Assembly (NCBI GenBank): GCA_963924565.1
Contig: OZ004607.1
Coordinates: forward strand, 12,276,001 to 12,340,000
Source: Ascidiella aspersa
Lineage: Eukaryota
Direction: 5' to 3'
Length of the DNA: 64,000 nucleotides
The notes beneath the pieces were generated by a model, which saw only the letters and a program-made list of their open reading frames with translations, was not told the DNA's origin and searched no databases. Positions 11,501 through 23,500 of the stretch are shown one piece after another; position 1 is the stretch's first letter, and every line of letters starts with the position of its first letter. The translations under genes and the position numbers were made by a program.

Positions 11501-14500
11501 AAACAAACTGCGCCCTTTAATTGCCATATAAACATATACTGTATCGTCACATACTCGAGAACACTAACTGGTATTGGGAATCAATTCCTCACCGATTTTT
11601 TTAAGACCTCCCTGGTTTCAATCCCAAGCTAACTAGATTTAATTTATAAAATATGCTGTTGTTACCAGTCATAGCAAACTAAAAAGAAGCTGAAAATCCC
11701 CCTCTTTGTCGTTTCACTTCGCGTGGTATTGCTACATTTCCTGATGAAGGCATCCTTCTTAGGAAACCGTAACATTATATAAAAATTAATAAATACCGGA
11801 AGAGCTTCTTTTTAGTAGAAGGTACATTACTGTGTTTAACGATGTTAATGTTAATAGTTTGTTGATGAGTCGACGCCCTGCCTCTATGACCCTGGCTCCA
11901 CTTTCCAAACCAGGTGAGTGCCTATATCATTTTTTCGGACTGAAACCGATACCCGATTTTTTAAGTCAAACGACTGATGTTTTTATTAACTTGCGATATG
12001 GTAAATATTCAAGTTAATTTAAAATATATAGTTCAAATAACCTTTCAGTATATTTACTTATATCTATTTAACTTTATTTGCATATTAATTTTGCATGATT
12101 CTGAATGAATTATTAGTTTTTACCAAAAAAATGAAAAAATTGTTTGTTTTTCAGGTAAAGCCATATATGTTTTTCTTTTGTAACTTCAAGGCCCATAAGT
12201 TTTTTGGTTCGTTGCAGTGCCGGCGACGAGCATTAGCGACCACTACACCTTTCCCACCAGTGGAGGGAGCCAGTGCACGTACGACTTCATGGTTTGGTTC
12301 GAGATTTGCGAGTTGGAACCACAGGGAGAGTAAGTGTAACTCAATGTTAACATAACGACAATGGCTCGTCAATGGCAGACTGTTGTGTGTAAAGGTTTAT
12401 GCTGATGTTGCCAATTTGTTGGGAATCTTTCGAAACTTAAATTTTCCACGAAAAAAAATTTTGGCAATATTTTTATTTGATATTCAACTTTGGCTAATAA
12501 ATGCGTTGGTAACCAAGAATTCCCAAAGAGTACAATAATGTATTTTTAACCAGTCTAATTGATTAATTTTTTTAAACCACATGGTTAGTAAATGTTTTAT
12601 TTTCTTTATATATTTTTAAAGCGGCAATATGACCTAAATTTATTTTTGGAATGTTTGTTGGTGAAAAAACGAAGTTTGGGGCTACTTTTAAGGTATTAAT
12701 ATAACTTTTTTGTTTGAAAACAATCCGAAACCAAACACCAAACTAGTTAATACTCATCAAATCGAATAAAGTCGAAGATTATTGCTTTTAACATTTCAAG
12801 AAGAGTTTATATTTTATTTTTAACATCTTGTAGTGTATTCTGTTTGAGTGAGTATCGTTTAAAATACTGTACAAATTACGAACATTGCTATAGGTTGGCC
12901 GTTATGTTACATTCCATATCCTCGTACTACATCCGTTAGCATTCCTTAATAACAAACCGTCCTATTTGCGCAGTTACACGGCTACTACAGTGGACCACCA
13001 TGGCGACATCGCAAGCAACAGCGGCGTGTTTCTGCTCCACCAGGGCATACAGCGCCGCATAGCGGTCACGATTGTACACGAGCACGCTCCCGAGCTGATC
13101 TGGAAAGACGTCAAGGAAGTCGTTGTCGGTGAGTGAGTCTAAAACTTTGAAAACATGAATTTTTTTATGGGGTGTGCTGAAAATTACTAAAATACAATAA
13201 AAACTTAAGCCCTGTAATTCGTCCACTTGTTGCACAAATGTATTCGTTAACGAAAATCTTTGTTGGTTACCGCATTTGATTAATTTCATATCTGTAAATC
13301 AACAGGAACTGTTGAACCATAATTTATTTTGGAAAGCAACAATACAATTTGTCGTTTAACAGTGCTACTGCTACCTTATCTCCAGGTATATAAACATGTG
13401 TGCGTATAACGACTCCGTAACTTAATATAACACCACCAATTAGGTTGGGACTAGGGATGCTCAAAGTAGAATATCGAATCCTTGGATTCGAATCCAGATG
13501 GGATTCGAATCCAATTCTGCCGTTTATTTCGGGTAATTGGAACCGATATCATTTAATGTTTTACCGCGGATTGTTGCGCCTAATTGCACAAACTCGTGTG
13601 GTAAGTTGGCCTGTCGCCGCGGCGACCAATTTACAGTGCTTGCTTTAAATGTAACCTTGTAGTGCACTGTCAGCGTTTTTTCGGGCGACCAATTACCGCG
13701 TCTCGCGATAACGTTCGTCTAATAATTAAGTGTCAATCAAGCGTTATTGGGCGAGCGATCAACGTGTAGTTTCTGGTGTGGAGTTTGCAATTTCCCTAAA
13801 TGCGTTAAGTTGCAAAAGTAACATAGCGTTGCAAAACGTGCTGGCCGTCCACAAAATGCGCTATGGGGTTACTTAAAGTCAACTTTAGGCCAATATTCAG
13901 GGAAGTTATGCAGTTATGCACCACGTAATTGTCAAGAATTCGTTATGTCAATAATAACTTTGTATTCTTTGCAGTACATCATATGACTGCATAGCAGATC
14001 ATGTTAGTCAAAAAAGAAGCAATAATACTTAATAATGCTTTCAAAATCAGGACCGAATTGCTTAAGACTTTTATGTGCAGTGTTGCATTTGCTCACTTTT
14101 GGCAAAAATATAAGTTTTGGACACAACCTGGGCAGTTGACATATTACAGTTTACAGAACGGCTTAAGATGACAGAACTTTGTTAAGAATGTTAAACATAT
14201 GAGAGAGTTTTTTTATTATAATGTTCACATGTTAGAAAATTGTTTGGGCTATTTTTTGCTGTGATTGTGGGCCCTGTAGGGTAGATTAAGATTAATCCCT
14301 TCCCCAAACAAAATCGAGGATAAATAATTTAATAAAAATATATTAGGATTCGCTATTCTGGATTCGTTATTCTAGATTCGAAACCTATTATTCTAGAATA
14401 CCTTGGGATTCTACTTTGAACATCCCTAGTTGGGACTAACCGAAATCGACTGTGCTGTAAGTCACATCAATAAATATATGTCTTAACTCTCAGGAGAAGT

Positions 14501-17500
14501 GTAATGTGTAAATAATTTTATTTTGTATTACATAATTTGCCTTACTTTATTGAAACGTGATGCCAGGCATAAATAAGCAATTTACTATTATCTTATTTTG
14601 GGCCTTGTTTTTTTATATATTAGCAGTTCGTTCTTGTAACTATATGCATCTAATAACCGCAGGCCGAATCCGCAAAAAGCAGAAAGCCGAAGATTGTCCC
14701 AACTCAACCGACAACATTCTCTCCCTAAGCTTACTTCCTGGTCATTACGTCTATCCGCCCATTGACGACAGGTGAGTGCAACTATATATTGTATTTATCC
14801 TTTGTTAAAAGGAAGATTTAGCTAAGCCATTTGTCAGACCCTATTGTATAGACATGCCAAGGAGTTGAGCTAACCCCCTATTAGTAACTTCACGTAATAG
14901 TAAATAGTTTTAGCTTTTATGTATTTATGTATTTAATGTTAATTTCACTTTTGTTATCGTGTATTTTATGTTGTATTACTTTTACTTTTCAGAATCTCCT
15001 ATGGAAGAGATACAAGGTAAGTTTTTATGTATTTCTAGATAATATTTAAATACATGGCCATGCCCACTGCGTATGTAATGACCTATTACAAAACTGTAAA
15101 AATAGATATTTTTTCTGTTGACTGTAAATTAAAAAATATTAATGATATGGGCATTGGGCCGGTGTAATTAATGGCGAGGTACTGCTTTACCTTAAAAGCA
15201 AAAATTAAATTTTCTAAAACATTTCAACGTAATCTAAAAACCACATGGAAACCCATTGGAAACGCAACCGTACGTTTTTTACTGGTATTGTCGCAGAACA
15301 TTTTATCGCTTCGAATCGTCTTGGGACAGCTCGCTGCACAATTCCCAGCTTCTCAACCGGGTAACCCCCTCCAGCGAGAAGGTCTACATCACTCTCACCG
15401 TTTATTTGGAAGTGAGTGAAAACTGATAAACCTTGGACTGTACGTCCTATTGGCGCTGCGTATGATTATTCTGTGCTGCCTGCATAAACAACTACCGAAA
15501 CTAACTGTTAGATTTAAAATAAGAGGTCTACATCACTCTCGCTGTTTATTTGGAAGTGAGTGAAAAGTGAACTCCAGACTGTCCTTCTTATAGTCGCGGC
15601 GGCGTGTTGTTATTCTGTTCTGCCTGCATAAACATTAAACAACTACCGCATCTTACTGTCAGATTTGATATAAGCTGTGTGCGAAATCACAATACTGATG
15701 GTTAAGTTAAATTGCGATTAGAAACTGTATTTATTAGGTTCCCAGTTTTCACGCTTTTTGAAAGCTAAATTTTTTTTCCAAAACCTGAAAAGTTTGACAA
15801 CCACTGTCTTAGACCAACGATCAAAAAAATCCAATGTGAAAAGAACGAAAAATTAAATATTTACTTCGAAATTTTAATTCCCGGCGCCCAAGGATTTAAA
15901 TTTGTCCACCCGAAGTGCCTGAAATATGCAATACCTATCTACACGTCTGTAGACGGTTGTACTAAAAATGTCGAAATCTCAATCTTTCAGCATGTGTTTT
16001 CTGCTTGCTTTCACAGCTGGACAACTGCGTGGTGCCCGTTGTTATCTCCAAGGACCTGTGCCTGATGGTTTGCAACCGGGACGCCAAGCTCCGGACTCCT
16101 CGCACCCTAAGGAGCTTTTTCAGCGGATCATACAGATCGCCTGACAGGTGACTTCGCAAATTCGAATATTTTTTTCGCAAAACAATTTGTTCATATTCTT
16201 TGGACTTTTCTGTCTTAGTCAAAGTCTGTCATTATTAAGTTCTAGTTATTTAACTTTGGAACACAATACACGGGTTTCTTTAATAATTTCAATAAAAATA
16301 TCAAGCCATAATATTCGATAAAAACGACACAAAAAATAGCAGCAAAAAAAAGGCGATGTATGAGTACACCCCATGACCCGTACATCGCTTTTTTTCGCTG
16401 CTATTTTTTGTCCATTTTTTCTTTCTTTTTACGTCTTATCGCTTTTGTCTTCACTTGATTTTTTACACTGATGATGGCATGAGTTATTGCTGAAACGTCT
16501 GTAAATTGCAAAATGTCGTTTTTATCGAATATAATGCCTTTGATATTTTTATTGAAATTACTAAATTTTGCAAAAAGGTTCCAATTGAATAAGAGACTGA
16601 TGATGACTTATTTTGTGGCGAAATATATTTCTCATTTAAGTAACTAGTACTTTCAGTTTGTCAGCAATTTGTGTGTTCTTTTTTTGTGCTGATTGCCCCG
16701 GTTCGAATTGGCACCCGCTTGACAGCGTCTTTAATGCATTTTTTGTATTTTTTGGAACCTATAGGCAAAAACTTGCTCATGTAACGAGCCTTGCTCCATT
16801 TAATAGTTCGAAATATCACAGATAGTTTGCTCGCCCTAAAGCGGCATAAGGCTGTTTAAGTTTTAGCGAGCAAAAAAATACCGCTATGTGCAGTTTTAAA
16901 AGTGCTGCTAATAAATGACTCAAAAACAAATACTAACTCGGCCTACTTTATATTGTGAGATAAGGATGTTCGATACTTGACATTCCATTCTCATACCGAT
17001 ACCCGATATTTTGGACAATTAAATTACTCGGATCGGCTCCGATAGGTATCGGATCGGCACCGATACTAACCTAGTATCGGAGGAATACTGATACAACCAC
17101 TTGGTATCGTTCGGATCCGATATTAACGTCAAACCTATCATCTGTTTTATTTTATTCAACCTTACGAAAGCGACTTGTCGCCGAAACGTTGTATAACGAA
17201 TACAGTAACCTGAGAAGCATTTTTTATTGATCTGTTTCAATTGTTATAAGGCGTTTACTAATTTGTTTGAGACTCTTAATTTGATTGAAACCAGTATAAA
17301 AAATGTAATCATGTAACTAACCATTTTTGCTATTCATTTTTAGAACTTTGTTTTTCTAAAAATGCTGGCATAAATGTCATCGTTTATTGATAAAATGACC
17401 TGCCTGTTTCCCTCGCCTCTGCTTGGGTTCATTTTATCATCGATTTCAAATAATTCTTTTTGTGGCTGTTTCGATTTTTCTCAATCAATCGTGACCTACC

Positions 17501-20500
17501 GAATTGGAAATCTTTTTGTCCTTGAGGCTCCAAACCCAATTCATGAATATTTTATTGTGTATTTTCGTTCGCCTCTGAGCATACTTCTATATTAAAACGA
17601 CTGGGGTCGAACGAATTCGAACGCCATACAATTTTCTCATTCGCTGGCGTCTGAAGAAAATGTTATTCTAAAAATAAGAGTAATTTAAATGACAGTCAAA
17701 ATTAAAAAAAGCTTTAGCGCTGCTTATTTGTAATCACTAAATTAAAACAATTTTGGACAGCCTAAACAGTATCATTTTACTTTATATATTTTATTTTTTT
17801 TTTGTAACTTTACCTTTATCCTATCACCGGGGCAGGTATTAATTTACCTTAAAAATGAGACATTTTGACCTTTAAATTTACAATTTTTGGGCCTGGATGC
17901 AGATCGTACAAGAACTCGGTAAATATTTTATTTATGCATTTGAAGTTCAATCGTTCAAATCGTAAGAAATCCAAATTTACATCTAAAACGTCGTATATAA
18001 ACGGAATCTCACGCTGAAAATAAAATAAAATCATTTGGGTTCGAATCAGTTGATATTTATTCTGTTTAGTAAAAATCGGTATTAAAAATAGATATTTTAT
18101 ATTGCGAAATACAATTTTTTTTTAATTTAAAGAACGGATTATATGCTTTTTTTACTTTTTTGTTTTTGTTTTTGCTAAACAGTCTAAATTTCCATAATTA
18201 TATCACTAAACTTTTAATGTCTACAGCAATCGCGTGAGTGGCGTTTACGAGCTGTCGCTCAAGTACAACGACACAGGAGTTGGAAGTCCGGGGTCGCGTC
18301 GACGCCTGAGGCGCGTCATCGACACGTCATCAACCTACGTCAGAGGGGAAGAGAACCTCGCCGGGTGGCGCCCCAGAGGCGACAGCTTGATACTGGAGCA
18401 CCAGTGGCAGTTGGACCGATTCCACAAAGTGCTCGAGGTGCTTTAAAAAAGTCAAACATATAACCATCGGCAGCGATACTTGTCGTAAAATGTCAAAAAC
18501 ACTGTTTTTTTTAAGAAATTAGGCTACACCTAAGTATAAAGTTTGGTTATGACTTCTCAATCTTTTTTAAACCTACCTGTTTATTATTTTTGTCTACCCC
18601 TACTTTACGATTAAATTACCAAGTGTAAAACAGTTTTTGTAGAAATATTCTGAATTGACTTGTTTATTTCTTTAATAACTAAATTGTGAAGTACTTCTAA
18701 AATGTAACTTAGGTTTTAAAAAATGGGGTTTGAAATATATCTACCTTATTTTTACAACACTTATAGACTAGTATATACAACTGCTGCCAGGCCTTTAAAA
18801 GTAGTACTGACCAATAATAACGGCTCACATTTCATAGTACACCTTAACCCATTTAAAGGCTTCCGGTGTAACCTAATCATTAGAACTAATCGTACAGGGA
18901 AAATTTTCCGAATAAAACGCTTTGTATGGTACCAGCGCCTTTTGCCCAAATTATTTTTTAATCTTGCTTCTCGGTCGTTCAGGTTGAAAAGACTCGTCAC
19001 ATTCTGCTTCTGCAAGACACCATCAGCGCCGACCGAGCCGCCTCTTCCGTCAACCAATCAGGTCGCAGCTACGAACCCGTAGGAAAAGAGGAAGCAGCGG
19101 TCACGCTCGAGTGCGCACCCGAGCCACGTGACCAAGACGAACACCAATCCGACGAAACAAAAGCACTGCCTTTCAAGTATGCGCCGTACTGTATTTTAAT
19201 CAAAATGATTTGAGTGTACTCTACTTAACCAACTTCACAACCACAAAACCAATAAAATTTTATTATTGGTGCGAGTCGTTATTATATCTAAAAAATATAG
19301 AGCTGGTGTGAGCAAATTGCGGCTCGCTCACAGGTTTTGGTGTCTTAACAGTAATAGAAATGTTCACTTTTTGGATTGACACTACTGATTTTGCGGCTCG
19401 CTTGGGTTTGTTTCGTATTACCCTTTGATTGACCAAGTTGTTCCACGCTTAACATAGACCAGGGGTTCTTAAACTGGGGTCCATGTACTCCTTGGGGGTC
19501 CGTGAACGAGTTTAAGGGGTCCATGAAGGCCTTATTGAAATATTAGTCTATATTTAAAGTCCTAAATTAGCAGGTTTATGAAGTCTATATGTATTGTGAC
19601 GTTGATTATGACGTCATTTTTATTTTTTTGCCTCCCGTGGTCCACGGGAAGCAAAAAAAAAATTAGGGTCCGCGGTAAAAAATGTAAGAACCCCTGATGG
19701 CTGATATAGACTATTGAGTTATTCGACAGTTATAAAAAATATGGTATTAAATACTTCATCTGTTTTATTTTACCTTCCTCGGAGTTGACATCTTTAACTT
19801 TTGCTTTTTTTTTTTTTAGGATGTCGTCTCTGACAACCTTTGACAACTTCGGTGACGTCATGGCTCGCGACCTTCCCTCGAAAGTGCGCAAGAGCGCCAC
19901 CACTGGTTGTTTGACCAGACCTCGTGACCTACCATCGCCTCTTAACGGCGATAAAGAACTCGCTCGAAAGGTATTTTTTAATAATTGACAAAAATTGAAT
20001 GACAGTTCAGTTTACAATACTGTCAATAATACTTGTTGAAAACTTGAACTCCGTGACAAAGCAGTTGTTGGTAAATTCATTATTTCCATGCAAGTGTAGT
20101 GTGCCAACTATTTTTCCCCTAAAGTTTAAGTTTATCATTTTTTCAATTTTTTCCCTGTTTTCTGCAGTAGGTTCTCCTTGTATTTTTCGTTACCAATGAT
20201 AGCATATTATCGTTAGTGAGTTGGTAACCAGTTTGCCCTAGATTTGAATCGACTGCAAAATAGGTAATTAAAAATGATACGGCAGCCGTTTGGCTACTGA
20301 GGTATTCCTCAAGTTGTATAGCTAAACGACCACTATACTCCGATAGTGACATATTTGCGTTCGCCCCTCGTTTTAATAATTTTTATTAATGTAATATTCA
20401 TAAATGTCACTGGTCCACATCTAAACTGTTCAAAAAAAACGAGACATTTCAACATTATTGCACGTTATTCCTAATAACCACCATACCTAATAAAGCTTTT

Positions 20501-23500
20501 CCATACGCTGTATCCTGTTTGTAAACTTTTATTATTTTGATAATAATCCTTAACACTTTTTTATCTTAGTGCGTACAGCTGATGCGATACCGAATACCAA
20601 GCATATTCGATTTCCACGATCCTCTTCAGGTGTGTTGGGCAAAATTGTTTAGAGCCGATGCTTCAGTATTTGATATGCGACCGTTGACAAGTTTCATCTA
20701 TAACCATAAATACGATATCAAAAAGTTGTTGGATATATATAAAATAAATTGCTGATCTTTCCTACTGGAGGTAAAATATTGTTTCATCTTAAATGCGTAA
20801 ATAGTCTCAAATGCATATTTATAACGATACTAACCACAACAAAATCTGGAAATCAGGTTGCACCTGCATAACAATAATTGTATTATTTGTTATACTGTTG
20901 ACAAACTTGCGAACAAATGAACAGATGAAGCACGGTTGTGCGAAAGCCTTTCAATATTATAATACAATTGTTTAAAAATGGACCAATACCGCTGTAAGCA
21001 AAAATAAAACAGATTAACGAAATGGTTGTCTGCAAAATAATAAGCAACTAAAGTTCTGTGAGACTTTGTCACCTAAAACCTCACCCTTTTTCACTTAGCT
21101 TGCGGAAGCTCACAACGAGAGCGGCATAGTAGCGGACGACATCGGCTTTCCTACTTCGCAATCTCGTCACAACATTGTTCAAAGCAACAGCATCATATTT
21201 CCACATGACGTCAGCGAAACCGCCAGGTGATGTGGTTTGTGATTTTGCGCTTTAGCTCGAAAGCCGGCAAATTTTTGGTCATGGTAGATTCGGAAAACTG
21301 ATGTTCAAGCTATCTCGCAGACAGAACTGTGTATACCTATCTCAAAACCTACGTTTGAGTTGAAAGTCAATACGTGCACCTTTTTAATTATTTACACGCA
21401 AAGTCTTTTTTAAATCAGGGAAGGTCTTTGTATTGTCAAAACATCCTGTAATAAACAGTTTTGAACGCTTTGAGTGTTTGTCTATATCTTCTTTGATTTG
21501 ATACTGTTGCTTAATTTTATTGGTTCTTAATATTCATGCGAATCACATTTTTTGCTGAAAAATACAACAGCTAGTTTAACAATAATTCTACCAGGTGATT
21601 TAATGTATGACCTATTTTTGTATTTTCAATGGATAACGGCCTGATTAGTGACCCACGCAATAAGAAAGATTCGCTATCCCTGCTGTAGTAACACACGACG
21701 TTAGCATTGTATGGCCAATGTTATTTTGTTGTCTCACCGCCTTCAAAATTAAAACCGCCTAAAAGAGCAAATAGCATTTAGCCATAATTTTCTTCGAGTT
21801 TTCCCCTTAAAGTTTAATGGCGCTTCAAAATTGTGACGTCGTTGCATTTGCGTTCCAGCAGTGGGCGCCCTTCGGTGGGGCGACTCGATCTCCAATCGCT
21901 CCTCTCATCGGATAGCACCCCCACGGGCAGCGGTTCGACGACCCCCGATTACAGCGAACCAGCATCGTGGAAAACCTCGCGCTACATTCCTTGGGTGGCC
22001 GAGATTAGAGTCAGGTTGGTTGAGGCTTGTGTTAATTACGATTTTTTTGTGTTTTTTTCTCTGATATTTTTTTTGTGGGAACGGGAATTTAAAATTTGAC
22101 AAAATGCATCAGCAAAATTATCTAAAAAACAGCCAAATTTTACAGTCGTTTGCCGTTTTGTACAGATTGTGGCTACAACTTTAATTTTGAGCTAAGTTAC
22201 GTTGGTTATTTCGTATCAATTTCAGCCATTCGAGATAACCAAGTTTGGCCATGTTTCTATACTTAACCTTAAGTTGTTGTACAAGATTTTAAATTAGAAA
22301 ATAAAGTCACACTGGTAAAAATAGTTTTACCCAAGAAACATGTCGTAAGTTTGTTGCTAAAGGCGCGTGTAAGTATAAAATATCGCTGCCATACACATTA
22401 GACAAGGAACTAAAGTATATGTGTATGGTTCTTTCCCAAACGTATGGCCCACTACTATATCATTTATTCAAAACAAAACTAAAATCGTTTTATGACTTTG
22501 GTTTCAAATAGGGATTAAAGTTGGTAAACAAAACATGGTCAACATTGTCATTTAATTTCCCCCAAAACTGCCTCATTATCAATTAGTGCCTAACATCGTT
22601 CGTTGTCAGCACTAAACATTTCCTGTTTCGCTCTCGCAGCCCTGTGGTGTCGCGCCGAGGCTACCTGAACCTGCTCGAGCCTGGCCTGACTTGTTGGATG
22701 AAGCGTTGGGTGGTGGTGCGTCGGCCCTACGTGTTCCTCTACAACCACCATAAGGACCCGGTCGAGCGCGGCATGTTCAACCTCGCCAGCACCGTTGTGG
22801 AATGCTCGCAGGAGCACCCCACGCAGGTCAGAGGGGCTTGTTGTATTGTAAGTCTTAAGTATTGTAAGTCTTACTGCAAGTTTTCGGCTTATTACTTGTC
22901 GGATCGTGTTTTGCCACCATAATTTGCATTTCAGACAATTTGGGTCTCAACCAAGGCAATTAAGCTAAAACCGCTTTGGTTATGAAGGAACTAAACGTTC
23001 CTTGATCAAGATTCCTATATTTTAAAAATCTTATAAAATCAAGCTGTGTATGTGGTATTTTCGGCGATTACTAAACAAACGCGTTGAATAAATTTGCATT
23101 GCACTTTACCTGACCGTACTGTTTAAATTTTTAAATTAACTGTGTGAAATATATTTTGTTTGTTTTCAGTTGGGAAACATTTTTTGTTTTACAAATTGTT
23201 ACAAAGAAATACCGTTTGATTTTGCAGACTAAACTATCAAACATAGCAAATGTAACATTGGGGCGCCGATTGCCCCAGCTTGTAAGAGATATACTTCCAC
23301 ACTATTTTAACTCGAAACCTCGTTTTTTCAGAACAATTTCAGCTTTGCAGTTTGCACCCAGCACCGGGGCTTCGTGCTTCAGGCAAGCAACGAAGTTGAT
23401 ATGCACGGCTGGCTTTACGCTTTCAACCCTCTGCTAGCGGGTTCCATCAGGTATACCCACGCCGCGTCCTACCACGTACCGGTTTAACAGCGCCCCCTAA

